From Alphaproteobacteria bacterium (lineage in GTDB: Bacteria > Pseudomonadota > Alphaproteobacteria > MPNO01 > UBA830): a stretch of DNA of 64,000 nt. Under the pieces are notes generated by a model, which worked only from the letters and a program-made list of their open reading frames with translations, ran no database searches and was not told the DNA's origin. The DNA lies in contig OZ219791.1 in NCBI GenBank assembly GCA_964291215.2, positions 224,001-288,000 of the forward strand, in the 5' to 3' direction. The position numbers and the translations under genes were made by a program. Shown here piece after piece: positions 43,173-54,241 of this stretch (positions are counted from its first letter, which is position 1; every line of letters starts with the position of its first letter).

Positions 43173-44198
43173 ATGGGTTACAGGCTTGCCATCGTCGGAG
43201 CCACGGGCAATGTCGGGCGAGAGATCCTCAGCATCCTTGCCGCGCGGGACTTTCCCGCCGATGAGGTTTACGCGCTCGCGTCGTCGAGATCCGCTGGCCA
43301 GGAGGTCCGTTTCGGGGAAGACCAGCCCCTCGAAGTCCGGGAGCTCGCCGAGTTCGATTTCGCGGGGATCGACATCGCGATGTTTTCCCCCGGAAGCCGG
43401 GTGTCGGCCGAGCACGCGCCGCGGGCGGCGGCGGCCGGTTGCATCGTCATTGACAACACGTCGCATTTCAGGATGGAACCCGACATCCCGCTGGTCGTGC
43501 CGGAGGTCAATCCCGAGGACATCGATCTCTGCAGCCGGCGCGGGATCATCGCCAATCCGAACTGCTCAACCATCCAGATGGTGGTTGCGCTCAAGCCGCT
43601 CCACGAACTCGCCCACATCAAGCGGGTCGTAGTCGCCACGTACCAGTCGACTTCGGGAGCGGGCAAGGCGGCCATGGACGAGCTGTTCGAACAGACTCGT
43701 GGAATCTATGCCAGCAAGCCCCCGCGACACAAAGCCTTTACCAAGCAGATTGCGTTCAACGTGATTCCGCACATCGACATATTCATGGATGACGGCTCCA
43801 CCAAGGAAGAGTGGAAGATGGCCGTCGAGACGAGGAAGATCCTAGATCCGGAAATCGCGGTTCATGCGACCTGCGTCCGGGTTCCGGTATTCGTCGGCCA
43901 TGGCGAGGCCGTGAGTGTCGAGTTCGAAGCCCCGGTCGGCGAGACGGAAGCGCGCGACGCGCTCCGCAATGCGCCCGGCGTGATCGTCGTCGATCATCGC
44001 GTTGATGAGGGATATGTCACGCCCGAGGAGTGCGCCGGCGAGGACGGGGTCTATGTCAGCCGCATTCGCACCGATCCGACCGTGGCCAGCGGGTTGTCCA
44101 TGTGGGTGGTCTCGGACAACCTTCGCAAGGGCGCTGCACTCAATACGGTGCAGATTGCCGAACTGCTGATCGAGAGGAAACTGGCTGCGGCGGCCTGA
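43173..44198 (+). CDS. asd: Aspartate-semialdehyde dehydrogenase
   Basis: Motifs GATGNVG, ANPNCST, YQSTSGAG and DNLRKGAALN. Confidence 0.97.
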   Translation: MGYRLAIVGATGNVGREILSILAARDFPADEVYALASSRSAGQEVRFGEDQPLEVRELAEFDFAGIDIAMFSPGSRVSAEHAPRAAAAGCIVIDNTSHFRMEPDIPLVVPEVNPEDIDLCSRRGIIANPNCSTIQMVVALKPLHELAHIKRVVVATYQSTSGAGKAAMDELFEQTRGIYASKPPRHKAFTKQIAFNVIPHIDIFMDDGSTKEEWKMAVETRKILDPEIAVHATCVRVPVFVGHGEAVSVEFEAPVGETEARDALRNAPGVIVVDHRVDEGYVTPEECAGEDGVYVSRIRTDPTVASGLSMWVVSDNLRKGAALNTVQIAELLIERKLAAAA

Positions 44199-44311
44199 TC
44201 GGTCCCGTGGCCGACGTTGATTGACTTGGCCCGGTCAACCGCCTACACTTTTGCCATGGTGCCGGGCAACCGGGGGCCCGCGTTGCCAATCAACACCACG
44301 GAATGCTGCCC

Positions 44312-44707
44312 ATGGCGAGTCGCGATCGTCCCCTGTCGCCACATCTGCAAGTCTACAAGCCCCAGCTGACATCCGTCCTCTCGATCATGCACCGCATGAC
44401 CGGGCTTGCCCTCGCCGCAGGCACGCTGATGCTCGTCTGGTGGCTGTTTGCCGCTGGCGCGGGCGCCGGCGCCTATGCTGCCTTTCAGGATTTCGCCGGC
44501 TCGGGGCTGGGGCGGCTGCTGCTGATGGGCTGGACATTTTCTCTCTTCTACCACCTGTGCAACGGAATCCGCCACCTGTTCTGGGACGCGGGCAGGGGCT
44601 TCGAGCTTCCCGCGGCCTACGCGAGCGGCTGGTTCGTTGTCGGCGCCTCCGTCATCCTTACCCTCGCCGCCTGGGTATGGGGCTATGCCACGATGGGTGC
44701 GCTGTGA
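44312..44707 (+). CDS. sdhC: Succinate dehydrogenase cytochrome b556 subunit
   Basis: Motifs RPLSPHLQVY, SIMHR and HLCNGIRHLFWD. Confidence 0.95.
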   Translation: MASRDRPLSPHLQVYKPQLTSVLSIMHRMTGLALAAGTLMLVWWLFAAGAGAGAYAAFQDFAGSGLGRLLLMGWTFSLFYHLCNGIRHLFWDAGRGFELPAAYASGWFVVGASVILTLAAWVWGYATMGAL

Positions 44708-45090
44708 CGGTCTCAAGACGCTCCCCCCTGGCGCGCGTGCGCGGACTTGGTCCGGCCCGGGAAGGAGTGGCCCACTGGTGGGCGCAACGCGTAACCGCGA
44801 TTGCCCTGGTGCCGCTGTTCCTGTGGTTTGTGGCGTCACTCTGCGTCATGACAGGGGCGAGCCAGCAAGAGGTGCGCGCCTGGATCGCCGATCCGGTGGT
44901 GTCGGTTCTGCTGGTACTGCTGACCGTGGCGGGGTTCCATCATGTGCAACTCGGGCTCCAGGTCGTTCTCGAAGACTATGTCCGCACCGAATGGCTGAAG
45001 ATCGCCTCGATGATCCTGACGAAATTCGCGGCCGTCGTGCTGGCGGTCATGGTCATCTTCTCGGTCGCCAGAATCGCGCTGGCCAACTAG
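44704..45090 (+). CDS. sdhD: Succinate dehydrogenase membrane anchor
   Basis: GTG start overlapping the sdhC stop. Motifs HWWAQRVTA and LGLQVVLEDY. Confidence 0.93.
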   Translation: MTVSRRSPLARVRGLGPAREGVAHWWAQRVTAIALVPLFLWFVASLCVMTGASQQEVRAWIADPVVSVLLVLLTVAGFHHVQLGLQVVLEDYVRTEWLKIASMILTKFAAVVLAVMVIFSVARIALAN

Positions 45091-45105
45091 GACGCCGGGA
45101 AACCC

Positions 45106-46902
45106 ATGAATACGAACGCTTACGAGATCGTCGATCACACCTATGACGTGGTGGTTCTCGGTGCTGGCGGCGCCGGCCTCCGCGCCACCTTCGGCATGGC
45201 GATGAAGGGGTTGCGCACCGCCTGCATCACCAAGGTCTTCCCGACCCGGAGCCATACCGTGGCGGCGCAGGGCGGGATCTCGGCGGCACTCGGCAACATG
45301 AGCGAGGATGACTGGCGCTGGCACTTCTTCGACACGGTGAAGGGCGCGGACTGGCTCGGCGATCAGGATGCGATCGAGTACATGTGTCGCGAGGCGATCC
45401 CGGCGGTGCTCGAACTCGAGCATTACGGGGTGCCGTTCTCGCGCACCGAGTCCGGCAATATCTATCAGCGGCCGTTCGGCGGAATGACCACCCGCTACGG
45501 CGAAGGGCCGCCCGCGCAGCGGACGGCGGCGGCCGCCGACCGGACTGGCCACGCGATCCTGCACACGCTGTACCAGCAATCCCTCAGGAACGATGCCGAG
45601 TTCTTCGTCGAGTATTTCGGCCTCGATCTGATCATGGACGAGCACGGCGCCTGCTGCGGCGTGATGGCGTGGAACCTCGATGATGGCACTATCCATCGGT
45701 TCAGGACCAACCTGGTCGTGATCGCCACCGGCGGATACGGACGGTGCTACTTCTCATGCACCGGTGCGCACACCCAGACCGGCGACGGCAACGCCATGAT
45801 CTTGCGGGCGGGCCTGCCGTGCGAGGACATGGAATTCATCCAGTTCCACCCCACCGGAATCTATGGCGCGGGCTGCCTGATTACCGAAGGCGTTCGTGGC
45901 GAAGGCGGCTATCTGACCAACTCCGAGGGCGAGCGTTTCATGGAGCGCTACGCGCCGAGCGTGAAGGACCTGGCTTCGCGCGACGTCGTGAGCCGCGCCA
46001 TGACAATGGAAATCCGCGACGGCCGCGGCGTCGGGCCAGACAGCGATCACATCCACCTCCATATCGAGCATCTCGATCCGGCCATCATCGGCGAACGCCT
46101 GCCCGGCATATCCGAAACCGCGCGCATCTTCGCCGGCGTTGATGTGACGAGGGAGGCCATACCGGTGCTGCCGACGGTTCACTACAACATGGGCGGCGTC
46201 CCGACGACCTATCGTGGCGAGGTCGTCAAGCCGGTCAACGGCAGCGCCGAGGAGATCCAGCCGGGGCTGATGGCGATAGGCGAGGCGGCCTGTGTGTCGG
46301 TGCATGGCGCCAACCGCCTCGGATCCAATTCGCTGCTCGATCTCGTGGTCTTCGGGCGCGCCGCGGCCGAGCGCGCCGCCGAACTGATCGAGCCCGGCCA
46401 GAAGCAGCCGGAGCTGCCGAAGGGTGCCGGAGAAAGGGCGCTGGCCCGTTTCGATTCCAGGCGCCACGCGTCGGGCACCACAACGACCGCCGAGTTGCGT
46501 CTCGAGATGCAGCGGACGATGCAAGAGCACTGCGCGGTCTTCCGCACCCATGAGCTGATGACCGAGGGCCGGGAGAGGCTGTCCAGCATCTGGGCCAAGA
46601 ACGATGACCTCAAGGTCAACGACCGCTCGTTGATCTGGAATTCGGACCTCGCGGAGACGCTGGAATACGACAACCTTCTCGCCCAGTCCATGGTCAGCCT
46701 TGATTCCGCGATCAACCGGACCGAGAGCCGGGGCGGACACGCGCACGAGGACTTTCCGGACCGGGATGACGAGAACTGGATGAAGCACACCTATGTCTGG
46801 CTCGATGACGATGGCACGACCCGCATTGACTACCGGCCGGTCCATACCAACACGATGAGCAACGACGCCGAACCCGTTCCGCCGAAGGAACGGGTCTACT
46901 GA
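45106..46902 (+). CDS. sdhA: Succinate dehydrogenase flavoprotein
   Basis: Motifs [22 protein letters not shown] and [11 protein letters not shown]. Confidence 0.98.
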   Translation: MNTNAYEIVDHTYDVVVLGAGGAGLRATFGMAMKGLRTACITKVFPTRSHTVAAQGGISAALGNMSEDDWRWHFFDTVKGADWLGDQDAIEYMCREAIPAVLELEHYGVPFSRTESGNIYQRPFGGMTTRYGEGPPAQRTAAAADRTGHAILHTLYQQSLRNDAEFFVEYFGLDLIMDEHGACCGVMAWNLDDGTIHRFRTNLVVIATGGYGRCYFSCTGAHTQTGDGNAMILRAGLPCEDMEFIQFHPTGIYGAGCLITEGVRGEGGYLTNSEGERFMERYAPSVKDLASRDVVSRAMTMEIRDGRGVGPDSDHIHLHIEHLDPAIIGERLPGISETARIFAGVDVTREAIPVLPTVHYNMGGVPTTYRGEVVKPVNGSAEEIQPGLMAIGEAACVSVHGANRLGSNSLLDLVVFGRAAAERAAELIEPGQKQPELPKGAGERALARFDSRRHASGTTTTAELRLEMQRTMQEHCAVFRTHELMTEGRERLSSIWAKNDDLKVNDRSLIWNSDLAETLEYDNLLAQSMVSLDSAINRTESRGGHAHEDFPDRDDENWMKHTYVWLDDDGTTRIDYRPVHTNTMSNDAEPVPPKERVY

Positions 46903-46912
46903 GAGACAGGCG

Positions 46913-47692
46913 ATGGCCCAGTTTACACTGCCCCGAAACTCGAAGGTCCGCGAAGGAAAGACCTGGCCGGCGCCGGACGGCGCCGCACGGCCGCGGCAGT
47001 TCCGGATCTATCGATGGAATCCCGACGACGACGGACCCCCGCAGGTCGACACCTATACGATCGACCTCGACGACTGCGGGCCCATGGTGCTCGACGCGGT
47101 GATAAAGATAAAGGGCGAGATCGATTCGACGCTGACCTTTCGCCGCTCCTGCCGCGAGGGCGTGTGCGGCTCCTGCGCAATGAATATCGACGGCACCAAC
47201 ACGCTTGCCTGCACCAAGTATATCGATGAGGTAAAGGGCAACGTCAGGGTCTATCCGCTGCCGCACATGGCGGTCGTGAAAGACCTCGTCCCTGACCTCA
47301 CCGAAGCCTATACCCAGTACCGCTCAATCGAGCCCTGGCTCAAGTCCGAGACCCAGCCGCCGCCGGGCAAGGAACGGTTGCAGTCTCCCGAGGAACGCCG
47401 GAAGCTTGACGGGCTGTGGGAATGCATCCTGTGCTTCTGTTGCACCACCAGCTGTCCCAGCTACTGGTGGAACGGCGACCGGTACTTGGGACCCGCCACC
47501 CTGCTGCAGGCCAGCCGCTGGATCGAGGACTCCCGCGATGAGGCGACAGGCGACCGCCTGGACGAGCTCGAGGATCCGTTCCGCCTCTATCGCTGCCACA
47601 CCATCATGAACTGCACCAAGGCCTGTCCGAAAGGACTCAATCCGGCTGCGGCAATCAGTGGTATCAAGCAGGCGATGGTTCGCCGGCGCTAG
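46913..47692 (+). CDS. sdhB: Succinate dehydrogenase Fe-S subunit
   Basis: Motifs [22 protein letters not shown] and [12 protein letters not shown]. Confidence 0.98.
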   Translation: MAQFTLPRNSKVREGKTWPAPDGAARPRQFRIYRWNPDDDGPPQVDTYTIDLDDCGPMVLDAVIKIKGEIDSTLTFRRSCREGVCGSCAMNIDGTNTLACTKYIDEVKGNVRVYPLPHMAVVKDLVPDLTEAYTQYRSIEPWLKSETQPPPGKERLQSPEERRKLDGLWECILCFCCTTSCPSYWWNGDRYLGPATLLQASRWIEDSRDEATGDRLDELEDPFRLYRCHTIMNCTKACPKGLNPAAAISGIKQAMVRRR

Positions 47693-47741
47693 AGCCGCTG
47701 CCGGCAGGCGAGTCTGCCCCGGCCAGCCCCCAGAGTTGCAT

Positions 47742-48860
47742 ATGTCCGCAGGCCCGTTGTCCGCCTATCGTGAGCGCCAGCGCAGGGGCCAGCTGCAGCA
47801 CGATCCGATGCAGGCCCTGGCTGCGGAAAAGCTGCAGTCTCTCTGGCACGCGCTTGTCGGATATGTCCCTGCTGACCGTACGTCGCGCTGGCGGTCACGG
47901 CTCGGTCTGGCGCGGCGCCCTGCCGAGCCGGCGCCGCAGGGCCTCTATATCTGCGGGAAGGTGGGGCGCGGCAAATCGATGCTGATGGACCTGTTCTTCG
48001 CCACCGTGGAGGGAAACCACAAGCGCCGGGTCCATTTTCATGAATTCATGCTCGAGATCCACGATGCGATGCACCGGCTGCGCAAGGGCACCGGCCAGTC
48101 GCGCGATCCGCTGCCGCGCATCGCGCGCGAAATCGCCGCCGAGACCTGGCTCCTGTGCTTCGACGAGTTTCAGGTCGACAACATTGCCGACGCCATGATC
48201 CTGGGTCGACTGTTCGAGGCGCTTTTCGACGACGGCGTGGTGGTGGTTGCGACCAGCAATATCCATCCCGACGATCTCTATCGCGACGGGCTTCAGCGAG
48301 ATCGTCTGCTTCCCTTCATCGCCGTGCTCAAGAACCGGCTGGATGTCCTCCAGCTGGATGCCCGTCAGGATTATCGCCGCAGCCGCCTTGTCGGCACGCC
48401 CACCTATCATGCGCCGATCGACGGGAACGCCGCCACGGCGCTTGATGATGCCTTCGCGGCCCTGACTGACGGCGCCGAGAGCAGACCGGCTGAACTGACG
48501 GTGCTGGGCCGGTCGCTCCGGATTCCCGCCGCCGCCCGGGGCGTCGCCCGGTTTTCCTTCGATGAACTCTGCGGGCAGCCGCTCGGATCTTCGGACTATC
48601 TGGCCATCGCCAAGGCGTATCACACTGTCATCCTGTCAGCCGTTCCGGTGCTGACGCTGCCCCAGCGTAATGCGGCCCGACGGCTGGTCACGCTGATCGA
48701 CGCGCTCTACGAGCACCGTGTGATGTTGCTGGCCTCGGCCGCCACGGCCCCCGACGCGCTGTGTCCGGACTCCCGGATCGCGCCGAATTTCGAGCGCACG
48801 GCTTCGCGGCTGATCGAGATGCAGAGCGCCGAATATATCGCCCGGAGAATTGGCGGATAA
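47742..48860 (+). CDS. zapE: Cell division ATPase ZapE (AFG1 family)
   Basis: Motifs GKVGRGKSMLMD, LCFDEF and TLIDALYE. Confidence 0.93.
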   Translation: MSAGPLSAYRERQRRGQLQHDPMQALAAEKLQSLWHALVGYVPADRTSRWRSRLGLARRPAEPAPQGLYICGKVGRGKSMLMDLFFATVEGNHKRRVHFHEFMLEIHDAMHRLRKGTGQSRDPLPRIAREIAAETWLLCFDEFQVDNIADAMILGRLFEALFDDGVVVVATSNIHPDDLYRDGLQRDRLLPFIAVLKNRLDVLQLDARQDYRRSRLVGTPTYHAPIDGNAATALDDAFAALTDGAESRPAELTVLGRSLRIPAAARGVARFSFDELCGQPLGSSDYLAIAKAYHTVILSAVPVLTLPQRNAARRLVTLIDALYEHRVMLLASAATAPDALCPDSRIAPNFERTASRLIEMQSAEYIARRIGG

Positions 48861-49008
48861 CGCTCGCCCGGAATGCGTGCCTGTCCGCGCCTGCGGCCTT
48901 GCGGCCCCGTCGACCGGCGTGTTGGCGGCGGTGTGTCACGGGACGAGATCCAGCAGATGCCTCGGGAGCGGTCGAGCCGCGCCGACCGGCGTTTGCGATG
49001 ATCCCGGC

Positions 49009-50751
49009 CAGGGAATTCTCACGCTAAATTCTGTTTGTTTTTCAAGGCAGCACCTGGGTTTGGGGGGTGCGGGTTGGTGCGGGAGATTTTTTTACACCCC
49101 CGTTCCATAGTGAAGTGGGGACAGTTTTCGCTGTCTTTCCTGCACTGGAGTTGTCATGGTGCGGGGATGTCGGTTCACAAGCGCATCGCATCCTGTCCGA
49201 TTCACATCGCAGCTCTGGAAGGGTCTGTCCGAGGTTCGCGAAGCCTGAGGAGCGTCCGCTGCGCTGATGGACGACTATCTCGGGTTTCGCCGTCTGGCGG
49301 GCTGCGCCATGTTGCGTCCTTCAGGGGGCAGTGGTCTGGCCGGGGTCTTCAAGTGCCGCGACAAGTGGCTGGAAGCCGGGGCAGCAGTGGCTTGATCTTA
49401 CAACACGCGACTGCTTGCGGCGCCGGGAACGTTTCCGAACCTTGCTTCCTTCTTTCTTGCGACGCGGCGGCTGGCCGACGACCGGGCCTGCGGCCACCAG
49501 GTGGCGGAGACGTTCTGCGATCCGGCGCGTTTTGCGGGCACAAGGCGGCGGGCTGGCGTGCCAGGGGGGGGCCGCGGGCGCTGCACCGACCCCCATGGCA
49601 AGGAGGTTTTCGTTGTGCGGCGCGGCGGCTGCTGTCGCAGGCGCTGCGGTGGCGCCGCCTGCCTCCTCGCTCCCCGGGGTTCCGAGGTGATGCGTTCGCT
49701 GCACGACGAGCTGGCGGCGATCAAGGACTTCCGCCGCGCAGGAAGCACACGATGTGCTCACGTTCTCGCCGAGCTTGCGAACATGAAAGGCAGCTGCGCA
49801 GTTTGCGCGGTCGCTGTCCCGGAACGAGCTCGAGGCCATCGGCGGAACCCGAGGACGGGCTTCGCGAGCCGCCCTCCAGGGCGACCCTCCACCGGGTCGT
49901 CCGACCCCGAGGCGCTCGAGGCTGTGCTCGGCCGCGGGCTCGCCCGGGCGCTTGCCGCCGACGGCAAGCGCGGCGCCAACGGCCACCACGAGACCGTGGC
50001 CCTCACGCCTCCGGCGCATCCTTCGCGCTGTTGAACTTCGACGACGGCGAGCTGGCGGCCACCTCCTCGAGCGCACCAATGTTCGCGGCAAGGTGATCAC
50101 CCGCACGACGCCGGCGGCGCTGATCACCCGGCGCTGCGGCGCAGACCACGTCTTCCCGGTCAAGGGCACCAGAAACCTTCGACGGCATCGACCGGGAGAC
50201 GGATGGCCGCTTCAAGGAGGCAAGGCCCGCCTCGAGCAGCGCGTGCCGCTCGAAGACCTGATCAACTACCCCGGCAGATCGCTCGCATGCTGCCGCAAGC
50301 CGCTAAGAAAGAGCGCCAGCGGCGCAGCGAGCGGCAACGACTGCACCGGTACATCATCACTTCGCTCGATGCGCAACATGCGTCGCCAGAGGAACTGCTG
50401 CGGCCGCGGGCCGTGGAAAACATGAACCACCGAGACTGCGTCTTCGGCGAGGACGCCTGCCTGACCCGCAAACCGCGCCAGCCTCGACAACATCGTGCTC
50501 GCGGTGATCTTCGCCAACCGACGCGAGAGCCTCGCCGAAACACGGCGGCGGCTCGACCGCCGGAAAGCCGTCGCAGCCCTGAGCGCCAATGGCGTCCGGC
50601 CGATTCCCGGACGCCGCCCACAACCCGCCCACGAGCCGATAACGCCGCCGGCGACGACCGCGGACGACCCCGAAGCCGGAAAACCCGGCACGCCGTGAAA
50701 CCTCCGGACAGCAGAAGACAGCAAAATTGAATGCAGCGTGGGAAACACCTG
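49009..50751 (+). mobile_element. Degraded ISAs1-type element with near-TSD
   Basis: Left IR CAGGGAATTCTCACGCTAAATTC; right IR (reverse complement) CAGGTGTTTCCCACGCTGCATTC. Flanks TGATCCCGGC and TGATCCCGAT. Confidence 0.82.
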
Positions 50752-51094
50752 TGATCCCGATCTTGACGATCCCACGCTGCTAATCCAGCGGCGACCGGCG
50801 AGATTTTTCGGTCTGCGTCGCGCTGCAATCGTGCCGCCAAGGCTCAATGAGACCTTCTCGGCGCGAAAAATTGCGATCAAGGGGAGATCTGCGATGACGC
50901 GAGCCCCAACGCACTCGGATTTCGCGTCTCAGAATCGGCATGGGATCACCGTGGATCCCGACAATCCGTTCTTGACCGTTATGGGATAATCGCTAGTATC
51001 GGTGCGCCCAACGGTGCGCACGATATCGCAGAATCGGCGGTATGCAGGGATCGGGGCAGGCGTTGCCTGAATGAGAGCGATTACGGAGAGCGGT

Positions 51095-51433
51095 ATGACG
51101 TATGTCGTCAACGAGGCGTGCATCAAGTGCAAGTTCATGGATTGTGTCGAGGTCTGCCCGGTAGACTGTTTCTACGAAGGCGAGAACATGCTCGTCATTC
51201 ATCCCGACGAATGCATCGATTGCGGGGTTTGTGAGCCGGAATGTCCGGTCGAGGCGATTCGCCCCGACATGGATGAGGCGTCCGAGCCGTTCATCGAACT
51301 CAACCGCAAGTTTTCCGAAACCTGGCCCAACATCACGCGCAAGGGGGATTCTCCCGCCGACGCCGACGAATGGCGGGACGTGTCCGACAAGTTCGAGCAG
51401 CACTTCAGCGAGAATCCGGGCGAGGGGTCCTGA
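51095..51433 (+). CDS. fdxA: 7Fe ferredoxin FdxA
   Basis: [29 protein letters not shown]...[12 protein letters not shown]. Confidence 0.96.
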   Translation: MTYVVNEACIKCKFMDCVEVCPVDCFYEGENMLVIHPDECIDCGVCEPECPVEAIRPDMDEASEPFIELNRKFSETWPNITRKGDSPADADEWRDVSDKFEQHFSENPGEGS

Positions 51434-51459
51434 CCGCGACGGCCGGCTGGCCGTCGCGG
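51434..51459 (+). terminator. Hairpin directly after fdxA
   Basis: CCGCGACGGCC-GGCT-GGCCGTCGCGG. Confidence 0.5.
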
Positions 51460-52199
51460 CGCCATGTCTCCCTCCGGGAGACGACAGTTCCTGCGGCGCA
51501 CGCGCCGTCAGGCCAAGCCTTTCCCACGCTGTGGCTGACGTTTTGAATGACCGCAGAACGAGGCGGATATTTCCGCATTCTTGTCGGGTTTTCCGGCTGT
51601 GGCGACCCGTGGACAGCCCCGCGGCTTTCAAACAGTCATGGTTAACTCGTGCCCGCGCGGAAATGACCGTTTTGGCTGATCCTCCGGCGAAATTTCGGGT
51701 TTGATCCACTCCCGGAGCTTCCGGGTGCTCCGTTTCCAAGGGGATTCCTGCCGATTCGCAGCGACACAGGGCCCTTCCAACCGAGAATCCGGCGCAACCT
51801 GGCCCAATTTCAGCTGCGGGCGGATAACGTTTCGCGTGGCAATTCTCGCGAAGTTTTCCGAAAATCCGGCGGATTCCCGGTCTGATCGGTCAGTTCCCGC
51901 CCCAAAGCGGGATTCTTCGTCCCTTCTATATCACGATTTCGCCAATAGAATCGCGCGGTCGTGCATTTTTGGGCAGGCACTAACTCGACGTTCATGAGCA
52001 TCCATGTTTCCTGGCAAGGCTTTTGCGGGTGTCCGCGGTGATGTTTTCTGTAGTTGTCCACAGGCGGTTCGGGGTTCCGCCTTGTCGATGTCCTGCGAGC
52101 AAGGCGACATGCAGCTTGTGGTCCCGGCGGCGGGTTGCCGTCCATTGCTCATGGTCATGTGAGCGCAGCCACCTTGCCGCCCAGCGTTCCGGGGCATGA

Positions 52200-52483
52200 T
52201 AACGTTACCATGTTCAATGGAGTTCCGGGTGTCCCGTCCGTAGCCGCGAAGCGGTTCGATCCTTCTCGAGGACCTCGATGTCGGCCTCAACGATGATCTG
52301 CAGATGTTCTCCGCAAGCCGTGTCGCGCGGGGAGGCTGTCGAGACAGTCCCGACAGTGCTCCTGCAACGCACCGAGCCACCGCATCGCGCCAGCGTTGCG
52401 CACGGGAACGACGGAGCTTTCCGTGGCGGGGATTTGCGGCGTTCCCGATAACGGCGCTGCTTCTCGACAGGGGTGAGAGCCAT
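52200..52483 (-). pseudogene. Small accessory ORF inside the IS110 right end
   Basis: RBS AAGGAG then MALTPVEKQRRYRERRK...LQEH..DCLDSLP...LQIIVEADIE...IEPLRGYGRD across frameshifts. Remnants are present in copies A and B. Confidence 0.7.
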
Positions 52484-52765
52484 GAGGTGTCTCCTTCGCT
52501 CGCTCGCAGGTCACCCGTGCCGGTGCTTCAGGCGACCAGCAGCGCTGCTGTCGCAGCAAGGTGTTCGCCAGAGCTTGCGCATCACGGCGACAATCGCGAC
52601 CTTGCTTGCCGGCGGTCTCGAGGCGTTCGAACACCAGGTTCGCGTTGAAGCGTGCCGCCGAGGTCCTTGTGACGGTCTCGCCTTCGCCATCCACCTCATC
52701 TGCCACCTGCCTGGCGTCAACAAGCGCGGCACCAGGAGTCTTCCTTTTTCCTCCGGTTTTCCTCC

Positions 52766-54031
52766 GGTACTGTAACTTGATGTCTGGAAATTTGTCTGAG
52801 GTTTGCGCTTTGAGGCGTTTCACTGGGGGCTAGCCCCCCAGTGAAACGCGGCGCCATCGTGCTATCCCATGGAGTTGTAAAACATTCATGGAGGAAGCGA
52901 ATGGACCTGCGACACACTACGACGATTGAGGCCGTTTTGGAACATCTGATCGCAAACGGAGCAACGGATCTGGGGCGGATCTTTGGTCAGCTCTTCGAGC
53001 TTGCGATGCAAATCGAGCGCGAGCAGCACTTGAAAGCGGGCCACCGGACACCGGAACGACAGGGCTATGCCAACGGCTACAAGCGGATCGACACCCCCAC
53101 TGTTACCGTTCAGGTACCAAAGACGGCCGGTCACGGGGACGATCCGTCCCCAGTCGCTTGAACGCGGCCAGCGATCTTCTCGCGCCGTGGCCGTAGCCGA
53201 GATGTACATCAAGGGTGTTTCCACGCGGCAAGATGTAATGCGCGAGTTCGAGAGCCTGTCCTCTTCTCAGGTCAGCCGGGCCACTAGGTTGCTCGATGAA
53301 GAACTCGCCGCGCAACCGGCCCCTGATGAAATACCTGATCCTGGATGCGCGCTATGAAAAAGCCCGCCATGACGGCGTTGTGCGCGATGTCGCAGTGCTC
53401 TCGGCCATCGGAATAGGGGCTGCAGGCACGTTCTGGGGCTCTCTGTGGCGCTCTCCGAGGCCGAGGTCCATTGGAGAGCCTTCCTGGAAAGCTTGCTAGC
53501 CCTGCATGGTACGACCTTCATCGTCTCGGATGCCGGGCTGAAAGCGGCACGACGCGCGGTGCTGGGCGCGGCGATGTGGCAGCGCTGCCAGTTCCACTTG
53601 GCACAAAACGCCGTGCAGCACGCACCGAACAACGACATCAGGAAACGTATTGGAAAACAGCTCGGAGCCATGCGTCCTCACTCCAAACCGCCGAGGCTGA
53701 ACTGGGCGCCCTCGTGGCCAGCTATCGCGACAAGCATCCAAACTTCGCAGACTGGCTGGAAAAGAATGCGGGGCTCGCTGTCTTCACCTTGCCCGATGCT
53801 CACCACAAGCGCATGCGAACCTCGAATGGCATCGAGCGGCCGATCCGGCAAGAGCTCAAGCGGCGCACCTCCAAAGTCAGGGTCTTTCCGAACCTCGCCT
53901 CGTTGGAGCGCCTCTCAACCGCGATCCTCATCGACGAAAAATGGGAAACCGAAACCAAGGCATACATCAAATGGGAACAGCTCGATGACTGAGAGCTTCA
54001 CGACAATTTCCAGACATCAGGTTGCGTAATC
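52766..54031 (+). mobile_element. IS256 family element copy 2 (degraded)
   Basis: MDLRHTTTIEAVLEHL...YLILDARYEK...WQRCQFH. Ends GGTACTGTAACTTGATGTCTGGAAATT and AATTTCCAGACATCAGGTTGCGTAATC. Confidence 0.9.
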
Positions 54032-54241
54032 GATCCTCCAGGCAGTTGAGGAAGGCTTCCTGAGGAGCCACAGGCTCGAGATCGCCGAGCACCGTGCCGA
54101 TCCTGGCCAGCGCGTCGACGAGGTTGGCCAGATAGCTCAACGCCTCGGCGAAGCGCCGGGCCCGCAACGGGCAGGACAACCTCGAAGCCCCGGTCATGAA
54201 GACACCGGTGAACCCTGCGGTGATAGCGGCCTGTCGCCTCC

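Noticed and set aside
50752-51990. ncRNA or tRNA in the long intergenic regions around fdxA
   Set aside because: No recognisable RNA motif beyond the hairpin after fdxA.
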